Virus record (IMG/VR): IMGVR_UViG_3300025118_000005
Location: 15,503 to 79,502 of that record
Reading direction: 5' to 3' (one strand)
DNA: 64,000 bases
From: a virus
Below are positions 36,878-46,656 of the stretch, one piece after another. A model generated the notes under the pieces. The model did not search any database. It saw nothing but the letters and a program-made list of their open reading frames with translations, and had not been told where the DNA came from. Position numbers and translations under genes: made by a program. Each line of letters opens with the position of its first letter. Position 1 is the stretch's first letter.

Positions 36878-36912
36878 AACCTCCCATTTTTAATGGGGGG
36901 TTATTTTTTTTT
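36878..36912 (+). terminator. Rho-independent terminator
   Basis: AACCTCCCAT/ATGGGGGGTT stem then poly-T. Confidence 0.8.
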
Positions 36913-36997
36913 ACTTTTAGTGATAATTAACCTAAAATAGGTGTATTAATATTTAGCTCTTACTGCGAAGAAATAATAATTTAATATCGATCTATTT

Positions 36998-37531
36998 ATG
37001 GATAAACTAGAGTTTGAAAACTTTGAAGTGAACGCCTCTGATCAAAATGCTGATCAAGAGGTAGTCAATGATGTACGGAATTCCGAAGAGCAAGCCATCG
37101 AATTTTCTTCACGCGTGATGGCCGCGTTATATCGAAAAGTAAAAGAGCATAATAGTAACTGCCCTTCGAAGGTAGATCATTCACAATTAAAAAAAGTTTA
37201 TAGGCGCGGTGCACAAACTGTAGAAGAAGAACCGGGTTTACACGCGATGGCTCGAGTGAATATGTTCTTAAGAATGAAAAAGGGCGGTAAGATCGTTTAT
37301 CAAAAACCGAAAGTAGAGCAGACAGCAGAGCTTAAAGAATTAATATTCGAAAACAAAGCCAGAATTCAAGTCAATACATTTATTGATATTACTGAAGACT
37401 GGCTGCCGATAGAAGCCGACTTTATTCAGGCTGGCGAAGATATCGACGAACACAAACTAAATTATAACTTCAAAGATATTAACGAACTATATCTTGATGA
37501 TTACGAAAAATTAGATATTATCTGGGGATAA
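36998..37531 (+). CDS. Head-module hypothetical protein
   Basis: LKKVYRRGA...AMARVN.FL; first gene of the head operon. Confidence 0.6.
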   Translation: MDKLEFENFEVNASDQNADQEVVNDVRNSEEQAIEFSSRVMAALYRKVKEHNSNCPSKVDHSQLKKVYRRGAQTVEEEPGLHAMARVNMFLRMKKGGKIVYQKPKVEQTAELKELIFENKARIQVNTFIDITEDWLPIEADFIQAGEDIDEHKLNYNFKDINELYLDDYEKLDIIWG

Positions 37532-37536
37532 AAAAA

Positions 37537-38004
37537 ATGGAAATAGACTTCACTGATCAAATCAAAAAACTAAAAGCGATAAAAGAATGCGGCTGCGCAG
37601 ACAACTGTGATTGCTCGGGCGACTGTGGGGGAAATTGCGGCTGTCAAGAAATACAAGCGGAAAAAAACTATCCCGGGAAAAATGTAGAGCGTCGCGAAGA
37701 CGGAGTACCTAAAAAGAAACAAAAAAAGCGGGCCTGCAAAAAGGGCGAACATCGAGACAAGAGCGGCAAGCTAGTAAAGAATAGTAAAGGCGATGAAGAA
37801 AAAGGTTACGACTTACCACAGCCTAAAACCAAAGGGTTAGAAAATCCCCGAAATCAACATGAATATGATAACAATAGAGACGTAAATGTTGATGGACCGG
37901 TTGACCTCTCTCCGTACATGCCTCAAACGAAAGAGCTAGAAAATCCCCGCAACATGCATGAGTATTATAAAAACTTGTATAAGAAAGTAAAGGGGCTAGA
38001 CTAA
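37537..38004 (+). CDS. Cys-rich protein with internal repeat
   Basis: CGCADNCDCSGDCGGNCGC; P.TK.LENPRN.HEY x2. Confidence 0.6.
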   Translation: MEIDFTDQIKKLKAIKECGCADNCDCSGDCGGNCGCQEIQAEKNYPGKNVERREDGVPKKKQKKRACKKGEHRDKSGKLVKNSKGDEEKGYDLPQPKTKGLENPRNQHEYDNNRDVNVDGPVDLSPYMPQTKELENPRNMHEYYKNLYKKVKGLD

Positions 38005-39518
38005 TGCAAAAATATAAATATACAACTATTTTTAGTTCGACTCTGAAGCCCTTGGTGTCAGAAGAGAAAGATAAGTACTTAGCTATGGCTAGCTTAATGG
38101 AAGTATCAGATTTTATTCCGAATATTGATACCTCCCAAAATATTGATTTATTGCCCATCGCTTTTAATGCCGCGGTCGCGAATAGAGTTAACAAGAACGG
38201 GGATGTTATTGATGGTGGAACTGCTTTAAAAGTTTATAAAAATTTTATTAACAAACCTATTAATATTGAACATAATAGAGAGAAGATTGTAGGGACTATC
38301 CTCGCTGCAGGATTTAGCGAGTTTGGAACCGATAAGGCTATGACCGAAACACAAGCGGCTGAGATGAAAGGCCCGTTTAATATTACGCTTGGTGGCGTAA
38401 TTTGGAAAGTAGCTAGTAGCGAGTTAGCAGACTTAATTGAAGACTCTGCTGACCCGACAAGTGAAAATTATTTGAAAATTTCAGCCAGCTGGGAATTGGG
38501 TTTTACCGACTACCATCTGGTGATTTTGCCTGAAGATGAAAAAAATATTGAAGACGGTCAATTTGTTACAGAATCGAAAGAAATTGAGCTTCTCAGTAGT
38601 CATTTAAGGGCTTTGGGCGGTGACGGAAAGCTGGATAACGGCAAGAATGTTTATCGTCAAGTAGTGGCCGAAGTTGTTCCTCTGGGCATCGGTCTCACTG
38701 AAACTCCCGCGGCGGAAGTCAAGGGGGTTGCAACTGAGGAAGATAAAAAGGAAGATAAAAAGGAAGAAATTTCTGACGATCAAAAGAACAACAGTTCACA
38801 AATAGAAACAAATAATGTAAATATAAGTGAGAATACCATGAAAAAGACAATCGAAAAAATGAAAGATATCAACGACGAGTCGTTGACCGAAATGTCTGCT
38901 TCTACTATCACGGACTTCATTAAAAGCGAGCTCGATAAGGCCGCTGATCAATACCAACAGGAGATGACCGAGAAGGAAGCTGCCCTTGAGGTCGCTACCA
39001 CAAAATCCGATACTCTTCAGGTGGAACATGATCAGCTAACCGACGAACTTACTAAAGTGAAGGACGCGTTAGGTGAGCTTGAGAAAGCTAACACCGAGAG
39101 AGAAGCGGAAGAACAGTTTAATCAACGCATGTCTGGTTTAGACGAAGAATATGTGCTTACCGATGAAGATCGGGAGGTCATTGCTTCTGACATTAAAGAC
39201 ATGAACAAAGATGCTTTTACTGCTTATACAGCGAAGTTAAGCGTTCTTTTGAAGGACAAGAACAAAGCTACTATTGCCGAGGCTGATGCCTTAACGCAGT
39301 TGGAGCCCCTTGTCGCTTCTGAAGAAAAGGAAGAGGTCAAAGAAGCTATTGCTTCTGAGACTGAAACTGCTGTGAAAGAAGTTGTAGAAGAAGCTTTAGA
39401 AAACGCCGAAGCCGAACAAGATGAGGTTCCGGTGAGTTCTGAGGCCGCAGAGCCTTCGATTTACGAAAAGTATGCAAAGGCTTTTGGTCTCGACCAATTC
39501 GACATTAAAATTAACTAA
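38004..39518 (+). CDS. Prohead protease / scaffold fusion
   Basis: N.NGD, F..KPINIEH, SASWEL in globular N-half; acidic coiled-coil C-half; upstream of capsid genes. Confidence 0.75.
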   Translation: MQKYKYTTIFSSTLKPLVSEEKDKYLAMASLMEVSDFIPNIDTSQNIDLLPIAFNAAVANRVNKNGDVIDGGTALKVYKNFINKPINIEHNREKIVGTILAAGFSEFGTDKAMTETQAAEMKGPFNITLGGVIWKVASSELADLIEDSADPTSENYLKISASWELGFTDYHLVILPEDEKNIEDGQFVTESKEIELLSSHLRALGGDGKLDNGKNVYRQVVAEVVPLGIGLTETPAAEVKGVATEEDKKEDKKEEISDDQKNNSSQIETNNVNISENTMKKTIEKMKDINDESLTEMSASTITDFIKSELDKAADQYQQEMTEKEAALEVATTKSDTLQVEHDQLTDELTKVKDALGELEKANTEREAEEQFNQRMSGLDEEYVLTDEDREVIASDIKDMNKDAFTAYTAKLSVLLKDKNKATIAEADALTQLEPLVASEEKEEVKEAIASETETAVKEVVEEALENAEAEQDEVPVSSEAAEPSIYEKYAKAFGLDQFDIKIN

Positions 39519-39536
39519 ATTAAGGAGAAATAAAAA

Positions 39537-40112
39537 ATGGCATCAAAATTATTACCATTCAGACAAATCAGTGAAAACGACGTTGTCAACTTATTTGCCT
39601 ATGACGGTTCTGAAGCTATCAGGGGACTAATTGTCTCTCTCGATACTGGTAAGGGCTGGAATATGGACGATGAGCTCGAGACGACTTCGATCAATCTAAG
39701 CTACAACAATACAGTTTCTGACCGTTATTCGGTCGCGGCGAGAGTAGACACCTGTGCATCAGGTGATGTTCCTTTCGGCATGTTAATGTATGACGTAACT
39801 GAAACGGATGAGAACGGGGAGAAATTAATTTATCACCCTCGTAAAGCTCATGAAATGCAAGTATCGGTTAGCGGCCAAGCCGTTCCGGTCTTGACAAGGG
39901 GAATTGTCCTCGTTAACACTCCAGACGCGGACGTGGCGTTGCAGGCCGTTAAGGCTGGCGATGCAGCATACGCAGGAGCAGGTGGAGCAATTATTGCTCA
40001 CGACAACGCTCCCGCAACGCTATTTAGAGTAGGAACCTTCCTAGGACCTCGCTCGGCAAAAGACAACGTTCTCTTGAAGCTTGATTGTCATTCGTCGCAC
40101 GGTGACCACTAA
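39537..40112 (+). CDS. Capsid decoration/cement protein
   Basis: Between protease and MCP, strong AAGGAG SD, PFGML...V.V...G pattern. Confidence 0.65.
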   Translation: MASKLLPFRQISENDVVNLFAYDGSEAIRGLIVSLDTGKGWNMDDELETTSINLSYNNTVSDRYSVAARVDTCASGDVPFGMLMYDVTETDENGEKLIYHPRKAHEMQVSVSGQAVPVLTRGIVLVNTPDADVALQAVKAGDAAYAGAGGAIIAHDNAPATLFRVGTFLGPRSAKDNVLLKLDCHSSHGDH

Positions 40113-40141
40113 ACAATTAAATAAAAAGGAGAATTAAAACA

Positions 40142-41305
40142 ATGAAATTAAAATTAAAAAATACTCCCGAGCAAGTAGAGTTGATTAAGGCTCTTGGTTC
40201 CAGAGATCAAACCGTTTCTGCTGAAGCTGCTTCAGCATTTGCGTCCTTTATTGGTCCTGTGATTTCCAAGGTAATCGCTACTGCCGGAACATCTAACCTC
40301 ATCTTTTCTGATGTACGTTATGATGAAGACGACAGCCCCAGTTATCCACTGGATCTGTATTATGACGAGAGTGAGGGTTATGTAACCACTTGGTCTCAAA
40401 ACATCGCTGGCGGTATGCCCACCTCGCAAGTCGAGGGCGTAGCCGAGATGAAAATCGCCACCTATCGTTTAGATAGCGCGGTTAGCTTCTTAAAGAAGTA
40501 TGCTCGTAAGAGCCGTCTCGACGTCATCAGTAAAGCTCTTGAGCGTATGGCTCAGGAAGTTTTGATCAAGCAAGAGAGAAATGCTTGGGCCGTGATCCTT
40601 AAGGCTCTCGCTCAGGCGACCTCTGCACACTCAACAGCTTATGCACAGACTGACCAAAATGGTGGCCACATTCTTGCTAGTGAGAAGATGGGCGACTTCA
40701 AGGTAAATGACTTAAGCAGAATGTTGACCTTAATGAGAAGACTAAGTACTTCTTGGTCCGGTCATACTCCTGCTGGCGGCGACGCTTATGGCCTCACCGA
40801 CTTATTCGTAAGTCCTGAGATCAAGCAGCAGATCCGTGCGTTTGCTTATAACGCTATGAACTCCGTGAGCGATACTCGCGGTACGGTTGCTCTCCCGGAC
40901 AATGTCCGTGAAGACATCTTCCGTGCGGCAGGAACAAGTGAGATCTACGGTGTGAGAATCAGTGATCTCTTGGAGCTCGGCATGGCTAAAAAATACAACA
41001 CGTTGTTCGCGTCCTTCTTGGGTGCGTCTCAAACGATTGCGCATGACGATAGTGATGCGGATCAAGACGACGTATTTAGCAACTCCGCTGAGGTAGGGAC
41101 CGGTCATCAAATTCTGATCGGACTTGATGGTTCTCGTGAATCATTCATTCGCCCAGTGGCTGTTCAGCATGATAGCGGCGGAACTTTCTCCGCGTTGCCT
41201 GATGACCAATTTGCTGCTCGCGCAGACAAAACTGGCTTCTACGGCTTCTTGGAAGAGGGTCGCGTCTGTATCGACGCTAAGGCTATTGTAGGCATGGTTG
41301 TCTAA
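40142..41305 (+). CDS. Major capsid protein
   Basis: 387 aa, synteny, strong SD, biased codons, terminator directly after. Confidence 0.8.
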   Translation: MKLKLKNTPEQVELIKALGSRDQTVSAEAASAFASFIGPVISKVIATAGTSNLIFSDVRYDEDDSPSYPLDLYYDESEGYVTTWSQNIAGGMPTSQVEGVAEMKIATYRLDSAVSFLKKYARKSRLDVISKALERMAQEVLIKQERNAWAVILKALAQATSAHSTAYAQTDQNGGHILASEKMGDFKVNDLSRMLTLMRRLSTSWSGHTPAGGDAYGLTDLFVSPEIKQQIRAFAYNAMNSVSDTRGTVALPDNVREDIFRAAGTSEIYGVRISDLLELGMAKKYNTLFASFLGASQTIAHDDSDADQDDVFSNSAEVGTGHQILIGLDGSRESFIRPVAVQHDSGGTFSALPDDQFAARADKTGFYGFLEEGRVCIDAKAIVGMVV

Positions 41306-41327
41306 TTTGACACTATATCTTTATCAC

Positions 41328-41357
41328 AACTCGGGGGGTTTCCCCCGAGTTTTTTTT
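41328..41357 (+). terminator. Rho-independent terminator
   Basis: AACTCGGGGG-GTTT-CCCCCGAGTT-TTTTTT. Confidence 0.92.
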
Positions 41358-41400
41358 GTCTTTATAGTCATTATATGTTATAATATGTGAGTAGTTAAAG

Positions 41401-42945
41401 ATGGCTGTTTCTAGGAGAAAATATGGGGTTCCAGCGAGGGAAGTCGACAAAAAGACCAAAGGGTCAGAGACTTTAGGGCATAACTCTGACGTCGATAAGC
41501 GCCCCAGAGTATTAAAAGACGGAACTCTTCAAGTAGAAAACTTAAAGGAAGTCTCTAGCGATGGGCTAAGTTATGAATTAGACAAAAAAAATAATACGTT
41601 TTTCTTTTCACAGTCTTTAGACTCAAATACTCAAATAAATTATATTCCGCAAGCTGTAGATAAGGTATATAAAACTACAGCCTCATTCAAGGGCGAGGTT
41701 AAAGAGGCTTTCGCTACGTTTCGCAGTGATGTAAAAAAGTTTTCTGTCAAAAATATGGACAGATATAAAACTCAGCACAAGCAAGCTAGACTATTAATAG
41801 ACCAAATCCATAAAGATCATAATACGTTCCTTTTTACAGAGAAAAGAGGGGGGGACACTTTGTGGAATCAAATCTATCGAGACGTAACTAACTTTGGTCC
41901 TTATAATTATGACGTAAAATTAGAAGTAACAAAAGACATAGAATTTATTAATGACTTAATTGTGATCCGGTCAGGAGGGTTCGCGACTAAATATAATAAA
42001 GGAGCAAATGGATATTCCAATCTTAGAAGCGGAGATGGCATAGCTTGGGTTTCCCCTCATGATCAATTAGCTTATTCTGGTAAAAATTTGTATTTTTCTT
42101 CCGGAGCTAGTTATTTTAATAAAGCAAGCGGCGTAAGCACCGGGACCGCAGGCACGCTAGCAATAGATCACGGTATGCTTCCGACCGCTGTAAGCGGTAG
42201 AGACGTAACTTATTATGTGCATGCTTTATCTTCTAAATTTGTATCTATACCGAAGGGAGCAAATCTTGGGTCAGGAATGGTATATTCTAAACATAATTCT
42301 GATGGGACGTACGATAATCTTACAAGCACAAATCCTCTGTATGGAGATTTTTATTATATTTATGATGAATATCAAACAAATTTCAATAAAACTGGGTGGA
42401 ACGGGGTTATCCCCTCTGGGTCTTGGTTTACGATAGAGACTTGGTCTACAAATCCAAAATATATAGGCTTTGATGGAGAAATTACAATTAAGCCAACGGG
42501 GGAAAATGATCCCACTTGTACTTATTCTGCAACTGCCCAAGGAACTGCTTCAGACACGGACTATCAAGAAAGCGTAAGAAAAGCTTACGCTGTAGCAAAG
42601 AAAAAATTCTATAAAAACCTAAACAAAATTTTAATTTCAAAAGGAATTAGAAATAAACCCTCTAGACTTTTAAGATATGAAAGAATGTTATTAAGAGCGG
42701 CCCAAGATATATTTGACGGGGTTACTATAATAAAAAATGATCAGATAGCCAAGGTCCAAGGAACCGAAAGCGACCCATTAAATAGCCCAGTTTATTATGA
42801 CGGTACTAGCGAAGTCTATGGAGGTAATCAGTCCAACGCTAATTATAATCCAGCTTCATTTTATGAAGAGAGATTTTTGAAAAATAAATCGTCTTCTATC
42901 GGCTCCAATAGTTCCGGGGGGAGCTCTGGGGGAGGCTCATACTAG
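41401..42945 (+). CDS. Putative virion protein
   Basis: 514-aa ORF with Gly/Ser tail in the structural region. Confidence 0.55.
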   Translation: MAVSRRKYGVPAREVDKKTKGSETLGHNSDVDKRPRVLKDGTLQVENLKEVSSDGLSYELDKKNNTFFFSQSLDSNTQINYIPQAVDKVYKTTASFKGEVKEAFATFRSDVKKFSVKNMDRYKTQHKQARLLIDQIHKDHNTFLFTEKRGGDTLWNQIYRDVTNFGPYNYDVKLEVTKDIEFINDLIVIRSGGFATKYNKGANGYSNLRSGDGIAWVSPHDQLAYSGKNLYFSSGASYFNKASGVSTGTAGTLAIDHGMLPTAVSGRDVTYYVHALSSKFVSIPKGANLGSGMVYSKHNSDGTYDNLTSTNPLYGDFYYIYDEYQTNFNKTGWNGVIPSGSWFTIETWSTNPKYIGFDGEITIKPTGENDPTCTYSATAQGTASDTDYQESVRKAYAVAKKKFYKNLNKILISKGIRNKPSRLLRYERMLLRAAQDIFDGVTIIKNDQIAKVQGTESDPLNSPVYYDGTSEVYGGNQSNANYNPASFYEERFLKNKSSSIGSNSSGGSSGGGSY

Positions 42946-42958
42946 GGGAGTTTAATAT

Positions 42959-44449
42959 ATGTCAGATGTTAAAATCAATAGAGTAAACAGGAACTTTACG
43001 ATTAAAGTCCATTTATATTACGATGCTTCATCAAAAAATCGTGATTCTGACAGTAATCCTCGATTTTATTTAAAGCCCGTATCGTTATTAAATGTTGAAA
43101 AGGTAGCTTTCACAGATGACGGGGGGCGAAAAAATAATTATACTAAATATGGAAATAGATTTTGGAAGTGGAAGTCCGATGATACGCTATCTGACGCTCA
43201 GGTGGAAGCTATTTATAATAAAATTAAAGATAATTATCCATATGGACACATAGAAAATGATCTTGCCACAGAAAATAAATATATTCTTGACGTAAAGGAA
43301 AATAAAGCTTTTCAATCTTTTTATAAAACTTATTGGGAAAACCATGCAGATGAAATAAAACAACCGAAAACTGTTCACGAAGAACAAAAGGACTATCCTC
43401 ATCCTTACATATCGTTTATTTCTAACGAAATTATAACTTATAAATATACAGTTGGAGACGTGCCTGTCGTCCCAATTCAAACAGATTTAGCATATGATTA
43501 TGTTTCTGGAATAAATAATTATTATGCTCAGCCGCAAGATTATTCTTGTAACAGTGATGAGATATCTGTTTCTGTAGTAGGGAGTGTCTCTGGAGTAACA
43601 GGGTTTAACAATTATTTTGTGACTGAAGGCTTCTATGAATACCCACTTAAACTAAAAGCCAGCGGTAGACACAGATTTGATTTATGGAGCGGAGACGATC
43701 ATTACGGAGGAGCCACTTGGCCAACTGGTGTAGACGGTAATTACAGCGGCTTTAGATTTAGATTTAGCACTGGGCTTGAAGGGACTTTGGCAGGATTTAA
43801 TGATTATACAGATGGGATTTCTTATCACGAGGGTCCTGAGATAGGAAATTATTATGTAAAAGTATTAACTAAAACTCCCGCTTCTACGCCCGGGGACGAT
43901 TACCACCCCTATATTGATACTGGTAGCTCGTTAGGGTATGCTTTGAGCGGAAGCGGGGGAACCGCTACGGGAGTTAACTCTGGAGCGTATTCCCTTGGTT
44001 ACGATGAAGGCCCAGTGATAACACTAAGGAGAGAGTCTACATATTACTTTAATCAACAGAATGCCTCAAACGAGGGACACCCAATATATATTTCTACTGA
44101 TCCGTCAGGGGCTGGTTCCGATGTATATACGAGCGGAGTCTCTCATTTTCCGCAGGACCGAAAGTACATAAGCGGGGGCCAATATTTTACGACTTTTGAG
44201 GTCCCTTATAATGCCCCTAATACTTTATATTATTCTTGCGAGAATCACACTTATATGGGGGGTAAGATAAATATTATTGATTCTCCCGCACCTACTGGTT
44301 CTGGTCGTATACCGGGAGAAAGCATCGTCCTTAATTCTACCGGTACGGGAGATTTTGTTTTACGATACTATTCTCCAGAAGGCTCTGGAATGGGGGGATT
44401 AGCGCTAATGAAGAAGGACTGTGGAGCAAGTGCTATGTTCGGAACGTAA
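42959..44449 (+). CDS. Virion protein with cupredoxin-like domain
   Basis: TL.R..TY.F......GHP, VP..AP.TLYY.C..H..MGG. Confidence 0.6.
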   Translation: MSDVKINRVNRNFTIKVHLYYDASSKNRDSDSNPRFYLKPVSLLNVEKVAFTDDGGRKNNYTKYGNRFWKWKSDDTLSDAQVEAIYNKIKDNYPYGHIENDLATENKYILDVKENKAFQSFYKTYWENHADEIKQPKTVHEEQKDYPHPYISFISNEIITYKYTVGDVPVVPIQTDLAYDYVSGINNYYAQPQDYSCNSDEISVSVVGSVSGVTGFNNYFVTEGFYEYPLKLKASGRHRFDLWSGDDHYGGATWPTGVDGNYSGFRFRFSTGLEGTLAGFNDYTDGISYHEGPEIGNYYVKVLTKTPASTPGDDYHPYIDTGSSLGYALSGSGGTATGVNSGAYSLGYDEGPVITLRRESTYYFNQQNASNEGHPIYISTDPSGAGSDVYTSGVSHFPQDRKYISGGQYFTTFEVPYNAPNTLYYSCENHTYMGGKINIIDSPAPTGSGRIPGESIVLNSTGTGDFVLRYYSPEGSGMGGLALMKKDCGASAMFGT

Positions 44450-44456
44450 CTTTAAT

Positions 44457-44485
44457 TTGACTTAAAGAGGAAATGGTATTATAAT
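44457..44485 (+). promoter_or_regulatory. sigma70 promoter for the ribozyme transcript
   Basis: TTGACT(44457)-17-TATAAT(44480); predicted +1 about 44491-44492. Confidence 0.85.
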
Positions 44486-44490
44486 ATAAT

Positions 44491-44800
44491 AGATTTAAAA
44501 ATCGGCCTTATTGGGTGAATTCGGTGGAACTCTCTCGTAGACAATACCGAGCCAAGCTAGAGATGGTTTAAAGTTCTCTAGAAGGTGTAGAGACTAGACG
44601 GTGAGAACCAAACGATAATCCGTCCACGAGCGCCCAACACCGTAAAGGTGAAGATATAGTCCGAACTACATGGCGACATGTAGAAGCCGTAATTAAAAAA
44701 GCGACGATAACAAATTGGACTACGCGATTAGTGCAGTGTACTAACCATGGGTTATGTACCTCATGGCATAAGTAAACTAAATTGTGTGTCGGCTGAGTCT
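44491..44800 (+). ncRNA. Group I ribozyme, stand-alone and apparently circularly permuted
   Basis: P AATTCGGTGGAA, Q AATACCGAGC, R GTAGAGACTA, S AAGATATAGTCC; P3 TTGGGTG/CGCCCAA; P8 CACC/GGTG; P9 CTACATG-GCGA-CATGTAG; P1 and P2-5' found at the 3' end. Core identity is firm, permutation is inferred. Confidence 0.85.
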
Positions 44801-44805
44801 TAATT

Positions 44806-45195
44806 ATGGCAGCGAAGAAAAAAGTAACGGAAAAGAGTACGGCAAAAAAAGTCGAGAACCTGACGCAAACTGACGGAATGGTGAAGGGGGAGACCTCTGT
44901 TCCGTCATCTTTAGATCAGGTTTGGGGGGACGATGGAACATCAAAATATAAAACTTTAAATCTTGACGTATATGAACGAGTACTTAGTAACATGTCAAAA
45001 TCTGATTTAAAAGCGGAAGCTGTTAGAACAGGTTTATTGCCTATAGATAATATGGATCAATTAAGGATTAGGCTCATAAGAGAATTTAGGGCTCATGTCT
45101 CTTCCTATAAGAGGCCAACCGGCTTAAAAAGAGAGTCTGTTGATGATCCAAATTTAGATCCAGATGTTCGTAAAATTTTAAGCGAAGGCAAATAA
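44806..45195 (+). CDS. Hypothetical protein
   Basis: Starts 5 nt after the ribozyme terminal stem. Confidence 0.65.
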   Translation: MAAKKKVTEKSTAKKVENLTQTDGMVKGETSVPSSLDQVWGDDGTSKYKTLNLDVYERVLSNMSKSDLKAEAVRTGLLPIDNMDQLRIRLIREFRAHVSSYKRPTGLKRESVDDPNLDPDVRKILSEGK

Positions 45196-45241
45196 ATTCC
45201 ACTTAATATAAGTACTTCGAGTGTAGTATTAATAGAATACT

Positions 45242-45601
45242 ATGTCACTCGTTAATTACAATCTAGATGTTATTCAGGGATCGACCTTTGCTGCTCAACT
45301 ATTTACTCAAGACGCAAACGGCGTAGCAATTAATCTCTCTGGATATTTAGTAAGGGGCCACGTTAAATATAATTATGGTACGGGGGCCGCCTTATGCAAC
45401 TTAAACCCAGAGATTAATGAAGATTCTCCTTATACCTCTGAAAGCGGCGTCGTAGACGTATCTATTTCTGCCGCTGCCGCAGCGAGTTTGCCCGTTACAG
45501 TCGGAGTATACGATATAGAAATGTATAAAGCGGACGAATCCGAGGTCAAAAAATTACTTGACGGAAGAGTTCGTATCCACCCAGAAGTTACTAATATTTA
45601 A
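45242..45601 (+). CDS. BppU-N-like / fibre adaptor protein
   Basis: QGSTF...G.AINLSGY...GVYDIE...LL.G.V.I.PEVT. Confidence 0.6.
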   Translation: MSLVNYNLDVIQGSTFAAQLFTQDANGVAINLSGYLVRGHVKYNYGTGAALCNLNPEINEDSPYTSESGVVDVSISAAAAASLPVTVGVYDIEMYKADESEVKKLLDGRVRIHPEVTNI

Positions 45602-45606
45602 GGTTC

Positions 45607-46656
45607 ATGGCGCAAGACCCACAAAAAATTAAAGTGGTACTCTCTGGCGCTCAAAGCACCAGCGTCAAGCACCCTTCTAACTCTAATAAAGTAACCGTCG
45701 TCCAGCAAGAGCAGTCTTCTTCTGTCTCCAAGACGGCTAAGACAGATATAAATGTCGGGTTTATGGGCGTGCAGGGCCCAGCGGGTAATCAATTATTGGG
45801 GAAGGGGGCGGATGGATCGATACAATATAATCGTGATGGACTTGTGTCCGGTGCAAAAGGGTTCTTTTATCACCCTAAAGCGACCAACTTAAGCATAACT
45901 AATAATGATCTTATCTTAGGCACAGGTAACGTTTTTGTTTTATCTGGTATACCTTCTGATTCGAACGCTTTTTTACTTAAAGATGCTAATAGAAATATTC
46001 TTCGTGTGGATACAGACGAGAAAAGCATTGTCTTATCTGAAGATGGATCGAATGATTATTATGTAGGTTTAGGATTACAAGACCCGCAGGAAAGAGTTCA
46101 CATAGGTGGTGGTAATTTAAGGGTAGACGGTGACATGCTTGTTAGCGGAAATCTTTTACCGTTAACTAGCGGAACATCCAGTTTAGGTTCTCAGGAGTAT
46201 CCGTTTAAGGATATATATTTACAGGGGAATAGTATTGTCTTTGTCGATTCAGAGTCCAAGATTACAGCTTCTTCAACCGGGTTTTCTTTTCAGGTAATAA
46301 CTGGAGGAGTAACGCGGACCTTATTTACGGCAACCGAAAAAAGCGTTGGCATATTTCAAGGTGACGGTTCGGCATTAACTGGCGTTCCTTATACCGGACT
46401 ACGAGACGCTGGGGCATATCTTAGTCTGGCGGTTCCAAGTGGAGCTTCGAGCGTAACTGTAAACTATGGAAAAACCTTAAATTATGACCCACAAATCATT
46501 TGTTCATTAAATCCCCCAGCAAATAGTAATGAACAATATTTTACCTTTGTACAAGATATAGGGAGATCCGACTGTAAGGCCTTTTTTAGCGACAAAGTCA
46601 GTGGAGATGGCTTTATTTTAAACTGTCACGTCTCCCCCAGAAATCCAGCATATTAA
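45607..46656 (+). CDS. Tail fibre-like protein
   Basis: G.DGSIQYN, VGLG...P.E.VH, SLGS....FKDIYL, F.GDGSALTG. Confidence 0.65.
   Translation: MAQDPQKIKVVLSGAQSTSVKHPSNSNKVTVVQQEQSSSVSKTAKTDINVGFMGVQGPAGNQLLGKGADGSIQYNRDGLVSGAKGFFYHPKATNLSITNNDLILGTGNVFVLSGIPSDSNAFLLKDANRNILRVDTDEKSIVLSEDGSNDYYVGLGLQDPQERVHIGGGNLRVDGDMLVSGNLLPLTSGTSSLGSQEYPFKDIYLQGNSIVFVDSESKITASSTGFSFQVITGGVTRTLFTATEKSVGIFQGDGSALTGVPYTGLRDAGAYLSLAVPSGASSVTVNYGKTLNYDPQIICSLNPPANSNEQYFTFVQDIGRSDCKAFFSDKVSGDGFILNCHVSPRNPAY

Noticed and set aside
44718-44769. 26-codon ORF created by the circle junction (AU|G)
   Set aside because: A 52-nt structured circle without a ribosome-binding site is an implausible template; likely chance.
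44491-44800. Ordinary group I intron interrupting a CDS or tRNA
   Set aside because: Upstream CDS stops at 44449 and the next starts at 44806; a promoter lies directly before the core; flanks form no tRNA halves; no P1 with a U-G pair found 5' of P3.
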